Of a DNA stretch of 39,862 nt, positions 1 to 10,364 are shown in pieces; position 1 is the first letter of the stretch; each line of letters starts with the position of its first letter. Under the pieces are notes generated by a model. The model saw only the letters and a list, made by a program, of their open reading frames with translations. It had not been told where the DNA came from and did no database searches. Position numbers and translations under genes: made by a program. The stretch is from the NCBI GenBank assembly GCA_964545615.1, contig CAZJGV010000004.1, forward strand, positions 1 to 39,862. Reading direction: 5' to 3'. This DNA comes from an uncultured Pelotomaculum sp. Lineage in GTDB: Bacteria > Bacillota > Desulfotomaculia > Desulfotomaculales > Pelotomaculaceae.

Positions 1-191
1 TTTTACAGCTTGAGGATTTCCCGCTGATTGGCGTTACACCGACAAACAGAAGATTAACCCGGAAAGGATATCGTAATCTGGTAGTCGAAAGTTACTTGGT
101 TTTTTACGTCCTGGTAGACAACGAGACGGTGGAAATCCGGCGCATTATAAGCGGAAAAAGAGACTATGAGTTCTTACTTTTTGCACCATAG
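1..191 (+). CDS. RelE/ParE-family type II toxin, C-terminal part (5' truncated by window edge)
   Basis: Manual translation from nt 3: LQLEDFPLIGVTPTNRRLTRKGYRNLVVESYLVFYVLVDNETVEIRRIISGKRDYEFLLFAP*. The L..FP..G / GYR.LVV..YLVFY / VEI.RI..G.RDY pattern is typical of ParE/RelE. Confidence 0.8.
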   Translation, partial: LQLEDFPLIGVTPTNRRLTRKGYRNLVVESYLVFYVLVDNETVEIRRIISGKRDYEFLLFAP

Positions 192-287
192 CGCGTATGG
201 TTTTCTTCTTAACGGTCAGTTAAGTCCTCTTTTTAAATAAAAATTGAGTTGTAAGCTAAAAGTGAGGGGCTGACTCTACCTAATTAA

Positions 288-319
288 AGTGAGACAAGAG
301 AATGTCCCCTTGTCTCACT
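288..319. repeat. REP-like palindrome AGTGAGACAAG-N10-CTTGTCTCACT; probably also a terminator between convergent genes
   Basis: 11-bp perfect inverted repeat; closely related copy at 16169-16201. Confidence 0.7.
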
Positions 320-381
320 ATCATGCGCTGCTGTGGAATAACTTAATAACTTAGGTTCCAGGTACCGATTAATTTAAAAAA

Positions 382-1086
382 TTATTTTTTAGCAAATAAC
401 TGGGTAACGACTACACCGGATTGGGTATCGGTAATTCCTATGCCAATCGTGTTATGCTGTGAGTTCAGGATGTTTGCCCTGTGCCCGGGGCTGTTCATAA
501 ACGCCTGCTCTGTATACTGGACTGTTGGAGCTTTGGCGATATTTTCGGCTCCCATAATGGTGTATGATAAGCCGGCTTTCTTCTCCATGTCATAGGCGGA
601 TCCGTAGGTTGGGGAAGTGTGGCTGAAATAATTGTTCTGATACATGTCCTGGCTTTTCATTCTGGCCAGGTTCACCAAGGCCATGTCCAGCGTGAGTGGA
701 GACAGCCCATTGCCGATCCGGTCCTGGTTGACCAGGTTATACATTAACCTTTCATTCGTACTCAGGCCATAAGTTGCCGACCCGGATGTTGAGGCCGGAG
801 CTGTTTTTGTTGAGGATGGGGTATTAGCCGTACCCCTGTAGTAGTTGTTCCTGTAATACTGAGTTGTTGAGGTTGGGTAATAAGCTGTACCTCCGTAATA
901 GCTGCTCGAATTATACTGAATTCCATCATTCGGTTGGGTGTACTGAATTCCGTCATTTACGTATCCCTGGGACATGCCTGCCGTATTGGCATGCGCTGTT
1001 GATGCGATACCGGTGATTAACATGAGGCTGAACAAAAAACTGGCTGCAGTCAGAGATATCATTCGAGCGGTCCTTTTCAAAGACAT
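382..1086 (-). CDS. Secreted CAP (SCP) domain protein, YkwD-like
   Basis: Signal peptide ending AHA, Tyr/Thr/Ser-rich linker, CAP motifs ARMKSQDM..NNYFSHTSPTYG, GAENIA, FMNSPGHRANIL. Start placed at MSLKRT (ORF track extends to 1167); start uncertain. Confidence 0.85.
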   Translation of the reverse strand: MSLKRTARMISLTAASFLFSLMLITGIASTAHANTAGMSQGYVNDGIQYTQPNDGIQYNSSSYYGGTAYYPTSTTQYYRNNYYRGTANTPSSTKTAPASTSGSATYGLSTNERLMYNLVNQDRIGNGLSPLTLDMALVNLARMKSQDMYQNNYFSHTSPTYGSAYDMEKKAGLSYTIMGAENIAKAPTVQYTEQAFMNSPGHRANILNSQHNTIGIGITDTQSGVVVTQLFAKK

Positions 1087-1493
1087 TCCCCTTTCTAATT
1101 CAAATTCTGGGGTCCGGTTTTGCATGTTACAGTTGACTATTATATATGCGTAAAATAGTTCAGGCAAAAGTCGCTTTGGTTACTGTACAGGCAAAGGATG
1201 TGAGGAAATGCTCTTACTCCTTGATAGATGCGGGAAACAAAAGAAACAGGGCTGGTGGTAATAGGTCCCTCTCTGGTCCATAATAAACAAAAAAGGATAT
1301 AAGTTTTAATGAAGAGCGCAAACAGATAGCGCTTGCAATAGACGCAAAAAATACCTGGAGCTTTTTGCTGTGAATAATAGTGATATATAACTTACAAATT
1401 TATAATTTTTTTGATATAATTTTCTTTTGACAAGTATTAATTTATCAAAGAAGATAAACAACTTGTTCTATTGTGTAAAGCAGGAGGTAAAAT

Positions 1494-4400
1494 ATGCCAC
1501 AACGAAGTGACATCAACAAAGTTCTAATAATTGGTTCAGGCCCGATTGTGATTGGACAGGCTTGTGAATTTGACTATTCCGGAACCCAGGCCTGCAAAGC
1601 CCTGCGAAAACTGGGGTACCAGATCGTTCTGGTCAATTCCAATCCAGCCACAATTATGACGGATCCGGGCATCGCTGATGTAACCTACATAGAACCGCTG
1701 AATCTAAAAAGTCTGTCCGATATCATCGCTAAAGAACGACCTGATGCGCTGCTGCCGAATTTAGGCGGTCAATCAGCTCTGAATTTGAGTTCGGAACTGC
1801 ACAAGGCCGGTATTTTAGAAAAATACGGAGTCAAAGTAATCGGTGTGCAGGTTGACGCCATTGAACGTGGTGAAGACCGCATCGCCTTCAAAGAAACCAT
1901 GAACCGGCTGGGCATTGAAATGCCCCGCAGCAAACCGGCCTTCAGTGTGGAGGAAGCGGAAAATATCGCCCAGGAACTCGGATATCCGGTGGTTATTCGC
2001 CCCGCCTACACCATGGGCGGCACCGGCGGTGGTCTGGTGTATAACATTGAAGAGTTAAGAACTGTCGCCAACCGGGGAATCGCCGCCAGTCTGGTGGGGC
2101 AAATCCTGGTAGAGGAATCAGTACTGGGTTGGGAAGAGCTGGAGTTGGAAGTCGTCCGGGACGCCAAAAACCAGATGATTACCGTTTGCTTCATCGAAAA
2201 CATTGATGCCATGGGTGTGCATACCGGCGATTCTTTTTGTTCGGCCCCGATGCTGACAATCAGCTCTGAGCTGCAGCAGCGGCTGCAAAAATACTCCTAT
2301 GATGTCGTGGAAGCCATCGAAGTCATTGGCGGAACCAATGTTCAGTTCGCCCACGATCCCAAAACCGGCCGGGTGGTTATCATTGAAATTAATCCCCGCA
2401 CTTCTCGTTCCTCCGCTTTAGCTTCCAAAGCCACCGGTTTTCCCATCGCCTTGATATCGGCCATGCTGGCTGCTGGTTTGACACTGGACGAGATTCCCTA
2501 CTGGCGTGATGGCACCCTTGATAAATACACACCTTCCGGTGATTATGTGGTTATAAAATTTGCCCGCTGGGCTTTTGAAAAATTCCCCGGCTCCCTGGAC
2601 AGGTTAGGGACACAGATGCGGGCAGTCGGTGAAGTGATGAGCATCGGCAAAAATTATAAAGAAGCCTTCCAAAAATCAATTCGTTCCCTGGAAATTAATC
2701 GCTACGGGTTAGGTTTCGCCAAAGATTTTAACCGGCGCTCACTGGAGGAATTGCTGGCGCTATTGGCAGAGCCATCGAGCGAACGCCAGTTTATCATGTA
2801 TGAAGCGCTGCGCAAAGGCGCGGACATTGAACAACTTAACCGTCTGACCCATATCAAAACATGGTTTATTCAGCAAATGAAGGAACTTGTTTTGCTGGAA
2901 GAAGAAATCATAAAGTATAAACAGGGATACCTCCCGGACGAACTGCTGGTCCGGGCTAAAAAGGACGGTTTTGCCGACCGGTATTTAGCGATGCTATTAA
3001 ATCTGCCGGAACCAGAGATTCGTCAGCGCAGAACCGCTTTGGGGATTGTCGAAGGATGGGAATCCGTCCCGGTCAGCGGTGTTGAAAACGCATCCTACTA
3101 TTTCTCCACTTACAACGCCCCGGACCAGACTGTATCCAGCGACCGGCAGAAAGTGATGATCCTTGGCGGAGGCCCGAACCGGATCGGTCAGGGCATTGAG
3201 TTTGACTACTGCTGTGTGCATACAGCCTTCGCCCTGCGCGATCTGGGTTTTGAGACAATAATTGTAAACTGCAACCCGGAAACGGTCTCCACCGACTATG
3301 ACACATCAGACAAGCTGTACTTTGAGCCGCTGACAGTGGAAGATGTGCTGAGCATTTACGAAAAGGAAAAGCCGCTGGGGGTTATTGTTCAGTTCGGAGG
3401 CCAGACTCCCCTGAATATCGCCGCTGAACTGGCTCAAGCCGGGGTGAAAATTCTCGGCACCACACCTGAAACGATCGACCTGGCCGAAGACCGCGACCGG
3501 TTCCGTCAAATTATGGAAAAACTTGATATCCCCATGCCGGAATCAGGTATGGCGGTGAACATTGAGGAAGCCCTGACTATCGCCAACAGAATCGGCTATC
3601 CTTTGATGGTCCGTCCTTCATATGTTTTGGGCGGCCGCGGGATGGAAATTGTTTATGATGAGGAAATGCTTCGCCAGTACCTGGCAGCCGCAGTCGGGGT
3701 TACTCCGGAAAGACCGATCCTGATCGATAGATTTTTAAAGAACGCTATTGAAGCGGAAGCAGACGCTATCGCCGATGGAACTGACGCTTTTGTGCCGGCG
3801 GTAATGGAGCACATTGAATTGGCCGGCATCCACTCCGGTGACTCAGCCTGTGTGATACCGCCGATTAGTATTGAGGCCAGGCATATTGAAACCATTGTGG
3901 AATACACCAAGAAGATTGCCAGAGAACTGTACGTGGTTGGTCTGATGAATATGCAGTATGCTATTGCCGATGACCGGGTTTATGTGCTGGAAGCCAATCC
4001 GAGAGCCTCACGGACCGTTCCCCTGGTGTCAAAAGTCTGTAATGTCTCGATGGCCCGAATTGCCACAGAGATAATGCTGGCGGCCCAAACCGGTCAAAAC
4101 CCCTCGGTCAACAGACTGGTCTCAAAGGTAATTCCACATTTCGGGGTAAAAGAGGCGGTCTTCCCGTTTAATATGTTTCAGGAAGTAGACCCGGTACTGG
4201 GACCGGAAATGCGTTCCACCGGTGAAGTGTTGGGAATTGCCGACTCATTCGGTCTGGCCTATTATAAAGCGCAAGAAGCCACCCAGACGTCCCTTCCCAT
4301 ATCCGGAACCGTGCTGCTCAGTGTGCCCGATCAGGATAAACCGGCTGTGCTGGAAACGGCCAGGGAATTTACCAAACTGGGCTTTAACATTAAAGCAACG

Positions 4401-4718
4401 GAAGGAACCCACAAATTCCTGAAAGAAAACGGGATCAGAGCCGAAGAGATTAAAAAAATATTTCAAGGACGTCCAAATATAGTCGATGGCATTACCAATA
4501 ATGAGATTAACCTGGTAATCAACACCCCGTCCGGAAAACGCAGCCAGCATGATGACTCTTATATCCGCAAGACGGCAATCAAATATAAGGTACCGTATAT
4601 CACCACCCTGGCGGCAGCCCTGGCCAGCGCCAAAGGTATCGCGGCCTATAAAGAAAATAGTGTGCGGGAAGCCAAAATAAAATCTTTGCAGGAATACCAT
4701 GCGGATATTACCGGATAG
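1494..4718 (+). CDS. carB: Carbamoyl-phosphate synthase large subunit
   Basis: GSGPIVIGQACEFDYSGTQAC and GGGPNRIGQGIEFDYCCVH, two ATP-grasp halves, C-terminal MGS domain; RBS AGGAGG. Confidence 0.98.
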   Translation: MPQRSDINKVLIIGSGPIVIGQACEFDYSGTQACKALRKLGYQIVLVNSNPATIMTDPGIADVTYIEPLNLKSLSDIIAKERPDALLPNLGGQSALNLSSELHKAGILEKYGVKVIGVQVDAIERGEDRIAFKETMNRLGIEMPRSKPAFSVEEAENIAQELGYPVVIRPAYTMGGTGGGLVYNIEELRTVANRGIAASLVGQILVEESVLGWEELELEVVRDAKNQMITVCFIENIDAMGVHTGDSFCSAPMLTISSELQQRLQKYSYDVVEAIEVIGGTNVQFAHDPKTGRVVIIEINPRTSRSSALASKATGFPIALISAMLAAGLTLDEIPYWRDGTLDKYTPSGDYVVIKFARWAFEKFPGSLDRLGTQMRAVGEVMSIGKNYKEAFQKSIRSLEINRYGLGFAKDFNRRSLEELLALLAEPSSERQFIMYEALRKGADIEQLNRLTHIKTWFIQQMKELVLLEEEIIKYKQGYLPDELLVRAKKDGFADRYLAMLLNLPEPEIRQRRTALGIVEGWESVPVSGVENASYYFSTYNAPDQTVSSDRQKVMILGGGPNRIGQGIEFDYCCVHTAFALRDLGFETIIVNCNPETVSTDYDTSDKLYFEPLTVEDVLSIYEKEKPLGVIVQFGGQTPLNIAAELAQAGVKILGTTPETIDLAEDRDRFRQIMEKLDIPMPESGMAVNIEEALTIANRIGYPLMVRPSYVLGGRGMEIVYDEEMLRQYLAAAVGVTPERPILIDRFLKNAIEAEADAIADGTDAFVPAVMEHIELAGIHSGDSACVIPPISIEARHIETIVEYTKKIARELYVVGLMNMQYAIADDRVYVLEANPRASRTVPLVSKVCNVSMARIATEIMLAAQTGQNPSVNRLVSKVIPHFGVKEAVFPFNMFQEVDPVLGPEMRSTGEVLGIADSFGLAYYKAQEATQTSLPISGTVLLSVPDQDKPAVLETAREFTKLGFNIKATEGTHKFLKENGIRAEEIKKIFQGRPNIVDGITNNEINLVINTPSGKRSQHDDSYIRKTAIKYKVPYITTLAAALASAKGIAAYKENSVREAKIKSLQEYHADITG

Positions 4719-4739
4719 GGCTGAAAAAAATCAAGCTCG

Positions 4740-7676
4740 TCATTGCTGTGACGAGCGTGATTTTTTTCGGTATATTTCAGCGAAAAGTTGAGTAAATGCC
4801 GCCTGAAACTCTTCGTGTAATCTGAAAATTTCTGTTTCATCTGCGGCGGCAAGTGCTTTTTGAAGTTCTGAGGCGACAGTAAACAATCTCTTGGCGCCAA
4901 TATTTCCCGAACTGCTTTTAATTTTATGTACGGTTTGAACGGCATCCTGATAGCGTCTTTCATTTATACTGCATGTTAACAAAGAGGGAACATCACTATT
5001 CTCACGGTAGTACTCATCTAAAACCATTAAATATAGATCCCGGTTATTACCTAAAAGTTTTATGCCCTTATTTTCATCCAGAACGTCTTCACAGGTACTG
5101 GCAATCTCTTCAGCCAGCAATTCTTCCCGTGCGATTTTTTGGCGTTCTTTTTCCAGCGGCTTTAATGTGTTCCAAATGGTTGCCACAAATTGTTCCGGGT
5201 CGAAAGGCTTACTAATATAGTGGTTAATCCCCACATTCCGGCACTCTTCTTCCACACCGGTAATAGCGTCGGCAGTCATGGCCACGATAGGTATTGACGC
5301 ATTTAACTGTCTAATCAGGCCTGTTGCTTCGTAGCCATTTAAGACGGGCATGTGTAAATCCATAAGAACCAAATCTATTTCCTGTTGATGTTTTTCGAAA
5401 AACTCGAACCCCATTTTCCCGTTATCTGTTAAGGACACTTTGAATCCAGCCTGTTGCAAAATAGCTTTGGCAATAAACTGATTCGTCTTATTATCTTCGA
5501 CAATCAGCACATGATAAGGGTAGGCCACCACGAAATCAATAGACTGATCCGCATGCGATGACCTGTCATGTATGGCCAATACTTTATCGCTAAAAATTTC
5601 AATAATGCCATTATATAGGATGGACGCTATGATTGGCTTAGCAATACCAAAATCGATGTCCATTTCCTCAATTTTCTCAAAAAGTTCTTCCCTCATCAGA
5701 GGAATCATTAAAATAAACTTTGGTTTCGGTTCAATTAAAGAATCTGCTCTGATTTTTTTGATAAAATCAAAACCTCCGCAAGCAGGGGTGTCATTATCTA
5801 CAATCACCAAATCATAGGGTTTATCGTTCTTGCTTGTGTTATCTCTAAGCAGTTGTACAGCGTTTTCCTCTGAAGCTAAAAATTCGGCTGCCATGCCAAA
5901 CGAATCTAAATAATCTTTAATCAAATTGGAATATGTCGAACTTTTTTCCAATACCAGCGCTCTCATATTTTTAAAATAAATTGATGCTGATTTTTGTTTA
6001 TCCTCATCCTCCTTTTTGCGATCTACTTCAAATGATAATTGGATGTTAAAAGTTGAACCTTCGCCCGGAGTACTGTAAACATGAATTTTACCATCGAGCA
6101 TTTCCAGCAAACTCTTTACAATCGACAATCCCAGGCCGGTGCCGCCAAAACGCCTGTTGATGGTGGAATCGCCTTGATCAAAGGGCTTAAATAATCTATC
6201 CAGTTGTTCACTTGACATGCCAATGCCGGTATCTTTAACAATGAATTCTATATGAAAGATATCATTCTCACTATCAAGCAACCGCACCACAACAGAAACT
6301 TGCCCAACCGTGGTAAACTTGACCGCATTGCTGACAACATTCACCAAAATTTGTTCCAGCCTGGTTGGATCACCAAAAAAATTCACTGGAATACCGGGAT
6401 CTTTATTCAGAACAAAATCAATACCTTGCTCCTCGATTTTAAAAGACACTATATTAATAACCTGCTGAAGCACTTTGTCTAAATTGAATGAAACTCTTTC
6501 AATCTCAATTTTTCCGGCCTCAATCTTGGAGAAATCCAATATATCATTAATAATTCCCAACATGTTCCGGGAGGCCTGGTTAATCTTATCCAAATACATT
6601 CTTTGAGTGACGGTGATATTTGTTTTCTTAATTAGATAGGCCATACCAGTTATCGCGTTTAAAGGTGTTCTAATCTCATGTGACATACGTGCCAGAAAGG
6701 TAGACTTAATATGATTGGCCACTTCTGCTTCTTCTTTGGCGACTTTCAAAGCCTCTTGAACTCTTATTCTTTTAGCCACTTCCCTTTTTAATTTAATAAT
6801 CCAATACAGGGAAACGAAAAAAATAACAGCTATAACCGCGCTGATAATGGCAATTATTCTAATTATCTCTCCGTAATCCGCTTTATGCTCAATCCCAATC
6901 CATCTATTATTAATCTCTATTTTCTCTGCTTCGGTAATACTGTCCAGTCCCTTATTAATAATACTGAGCAGCTCAGGCCAGTCCTGTCTGACTGCAAAAT
7001 AAAGATACTGCTTTTCCTCTGAATTGATTTGTATATATTTCAAATTTGTTAATCCGTTAGCTTTGATCAAATAACTCGTGGTTGCCAAATTACCTACAAA
7101 ATATGTCTCTTTGCCATCGGCAACTGCTTTAATAGCAGCTTCCTCGGTTGGATAAAGACTGAATTCTATTGAACTAAAGGCCTTCAAATAACTGTTGTGC
7201 GAGCTGTCTTTTTTTACAGCTACTTTTTTATTGAATAAGTCCTCCAATTTTGTAATAGTATTGTTGCTGTCTTTTACGACAATTACTCTTTGAAAGGAAT
7301 AATAAGGCTCTGAAAACAAAAAAAACTGTTCCCGTTCTTTTGTTTTGGAAATACAGGGTAAAGCGTCTAATTCCCTTTCCACGGCCTTTTCATAGGCTTG
7401 GCCCCAGGTTAAATCTTGTTTTACCTCCATTTTTAGGCCGGTTCTGGCGCTGATCAATTTGATATAATCAGCGGCGATACCCTTGTATTGCCCATCAGAA
7501 TCAAAAAACTCATAGGGAACAAATAGGGGATCGACTCCCAGGCGAATAACTGGGTATTTTTGGATAAACTCTCGCTCAGCTGAGGTAAATTATATTTCGG
7601 TTGCTTTGGCAAAACAAACATTAGTGAAGACCATGAGCAAGAGCAGACCAGCTAAAACAGTCCTGATAAAGCTCAC
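4740..7676 (-). pseudogene. Hybrid sensor histidine kinase (extracellular PBP domain-TM-HisKA-HATPase-REC-REC-Hpt) with in-frame TAA at codon 29; intact ORF portion 4740..7457
   Basis: FLARMSHEIRTPLN H-box, FGGTGLGL G-box, LMDLHMP receiver, VHKIKSSSGNIGA Hpt. Frame continues upstream from GTG 7676 through a signal peptide and ATEI*FTSAEREFIQKYPVIRLGVDPLFVPYEF; stop at 7590-7592. Confidence 0.85.
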
Positions 7677-7678
7677 CC

Positions 7679-8764
7679 TTATACCAACTCCCGGGCAATA
7701 TTTTGCACATACTTGTTGGCAATTTGTTTAATATCTTCTTCAATCTCGATGAACGCATCTACAATAGATGGATCAAAATGTTTGCCCCGTTCACTTAAAA
7801 TAATTTCCAATGCTTTTTCATGTGAAAAAGCAGGTTTATAAACTCTTTTATTGATTAGAGCGTCATAAACATCAATAATAGCCATTAAACGCCCGCAAAG
7901 GGGTATTTCTTCGCCCTTTAACCCATTCGGATAGCCACTGCCATCAAATTTTTCGTGATGGGTTCCAACAATTTCAATGGCGGTATGAATAAAGGTAGCC
8001 GTCTGATCTGGATCGCAGTTTAAGGCTTCAACTCCATAAGTTGTATGCTTTTTCATAATATCAAATTCTTCCGCATTAAGTTTTCCCGGTTTCAGTAGAA
8101 TATTGTCCGGTATACCCACTTTACCGATATCATGTAAGGGGGAGGTTTTAATAAGTTCGCTAATATATTCATCGTCTAAAATGGAACTGTATTTATTCTT
8201 GGTTTTTAAGTGTTCACATAGAGCTTTCATCATCCATTGTGTCCGTATGGTATGGTTGCCTGACTCAATATTACGCACTTCAAGAAGACCGATCAACGCG
8301 TGAATGGTAATATCCCTGGTCAAAACCAGTTCCCTGGTTCTGGAGGAAACTTTTTCTTCTAAAATATGATTTTGCTCTTCTATGCTTCTGCGAGCCCTTC
8401 GCAAGCTTAAGTGAACTTCTACTCTTTTTCTTAAAGCCTCCATGTTCAGAGGCTTCCTGATATAGTCAACGGCCCCCAGATCCAATCCTCTGACCTCATT
8501 TTCAACTTCATCATAATTGGTCAGGATTAAAGTTGATATTTTTTTATAGCGCGGCTTTTTCCGCAGCGCCTGCAAAACTTCAAACCCATCCATTCTGGGC
8601 ATATTTAAATCTAAAATAATTAAACCAATACCAGGATTGTTTTCAATAGTCTCCATTGCTTCAATTCCGTCGAAGGCACATAATAAATCATAATCAAACA
8701 ACATGTTTTTAATTAACAGCATATCAGTTTTTGAATCATCTACAATTAACAGTTTTGTATCCAT
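7679..8764 (-). CDS. Response regulator with HD-GYP c-di-GMP phosphodiesterase domain (RpfG-like)
   Basis: REC (LIVDD, LDLNMP, KP) plus LHDIGK and HHEKFDGSGYP. Confidence 0.93.
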   Translation of the reverse strand: MDTKLLIVDDSKTDMLLIKNMLFDYDLLCAFDGIEAMETIENNPGIGLIILDLNMPRMDGFEVLQALRKKPRYKKISTLILTNYDEVENEVRGLDLGAVDYIRKPLNMEALRKRVEVHLSLRRARRSIEEQNHILEEKVSSRTRELVLTRDITIHALIGLLEVRNIESGNHTIRTQWMMKALCEHLKTKNKYSSILDDEYISELIKTSPLHDIGKVGIPDNILLKPGKLNAEEFDIMKKHTTYGVEALNCDPDQTATFIHTAIEIVGTHHEKFDGSGYPNGLKGEEIPLCGRLMAIIDVYDALINKRVYKPAFSHEKALEIILSERGKHFDPSIVDAFIEIEEDIKQIANKYVQNIARELV

Positions 8765-10093
8765 TCATGCCCCCTCCTTATTTTCTTGTTCCATTAAAAT
8801 TTTGTTGCCTTCGGTTTCGATAGTCTTCAGGAACGCATCTATTGATACCTTATCTGCCATGACCTGGTTTAGTCCGGGAGCATAATACTGATCTTTTATT
8901 TTTTGCCACCGGGGAACAGGTACATCTATACTGGGATTCTTAAAGCCTGCTAAAAAGGGGATAAATTCGGGATACTCTTTAAAAACCAGACTATCGGCTA
9001 AATCTTTTCTAACTGGGGTGCGAAAAGGATAATAGGAGTCATGCTCCGGGCTGTATTCTCCATCCATAATCGTTTCCTGAGCTTCCTTTGAGATAAGGAA
9101 ACTAATAAATTTAATTGCCGCTTGTTTTTTCTCTTCACTCATCTCAGCGGGAAGAGCAAGCATCATTGGACCTACTTCCGCGTATATTCCCAGATCGTCT
9201 GGGGCAATAACGCCTACTTCAAAAGGATTACCATTTTTCCATATATCCGTGACTCCCCATAATCCTTGAAATTCAAAAGCTACTTGTTGTCTTCTGAAAT
9301 AGTCCATTACCTCAATACCCGAATCATTAACCCATGTTTCTTGGGCGTGTCGGCCGAGAATGTCTTTATAGAATTCAATGGCAGCCTTAGATTTTTCGTT
9401 GTTAACCGCAACCCTCTTACTATCTTTATCGACCAAAGTCGAGCCAAATCCATAGATAAATTGATTAACCATCCAGGAAACATCATTATGATCGGCGCCT
9501 ACGAGACCAATGCCTCGAGCTTCCGTATTGGCCTCGATTTTTTCGAATGACACGACCAGGTCGCTTATGCTTTTAATGCGCTGAGGATCAACACCCGCTT
9601 TTTGTAAAAGGTCCTTGTTATAGATTAAACACATAGAATGTCCTAACCAGGGAATACCGTAAGTCTTTCCATCAACGACACCCAGAGTCCATAGGTTTGG
9701 ATAAAAAAATTCCTTTTCTTGCTCAAAGTATTTGGTTAAATCGATTAAACTGCCTTTATCACCAAAGTATTTAACAAATCTGTAGGGTAAGACATAGATG
9801 TCAACTGGCGCGTTTTGTACCAACATGCCTTCTACTGTATTAAAATTTTCATCCCCATCGATCAACTTAATCTCAAAGCGGTCTTTGCTCGCGACGTTAT
9901 ATGAATTAACTATTTTTTGTATCGCTTCTCCACGACCGGAATAAGATTTCCAGGTAATACGAAAAATCAACGGCGTTTTCTGCACTGTGGAAATTATTGG
10001 CTTAGCGGGCTTGTTATTGGTGCATCCCACAATAAGGATAAGAATCAAAAAAAGTATTGTTATACATCCAAGCTTAAAGTGCTTTTTTATCAT
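8765..10093 (-). CDS. Extracellular solute-binding lipoprotein (family 1, sugar-type SBP)
   Basis: Lipobox IVGC; DGKTYGIPW..LIYNKDLLQKAG; AIKFISFL. Confidence 0.85.
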   Translation of the reverse strand: MIKKHFKLGCITILFLILILIVGCTNNKPAKPIISTVQKTPLIFRITWKSYSGRGEAIQKIVNSYNVASKDRFEIKLIDGDENFNTVEGMLVQNAPVDIYVLPYRFVKYFGDKGSLIDLTKYFEQEKEFFYPNLWTLGVVDGKTYGIPWLGHSMCLIYNKDLLQKAGVDPQRIKSISDLVVSFEKIEANTEARGIGLVGADHNDVSWMVNQFIYGFGSTLVDKDSKRVAVNNEKSKAAIEFYKDILGRHAQETWVNDSGIEVMDYFRRQQVAFEFQGLWGVTDIWKNGNPFEVGVIAPDDLGIYAEVGPMMLALPAEMSEEKKQAAIKFISFLISKEAQETIMDGEYSPEHDSYYPFRTPVRKDLADSLVFKEYPEFIPFLAGFKNPSIDVPVPRWQKIKDQYYAPGLNQVMADKVSIDAFLKTIETEGNKILMEQENKEGA

Positions 10094-10364
10094 GAGTGCC
10101 TCCCATCAGACATTATAAAGCAAGTATGCCTGCTAGTTATGCTCAAAAATGGTAAAATGATTGAACTGTACAACACAAATTACCATAATAATTCTTGTTT
10201 ATTAAACATTTCCCTTCTTTTTATGAAAAAAACCAATTATCTGGATAATTAACCCTATTAAACAGATTAGATAATTACGGATATCTTGTAAGCTATAGGT
10301 AAGAAAGTGCCGATATAAAAGTATAAACGTAAAGGTCATCGATAGTAATGAAGGAACCTGGGAG

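Noticed and set aside
1360-1440. ArgR box or PyrR attenuator upstream of carB
   Set aside because: Only weak AT-rich similarity; no convincing palindrome or attenuator.
7590-7592. Selenocysteine or pyrrolysine recoding of the internal stop
   Set aside because: The codon is TAA, not TGA or TAG.
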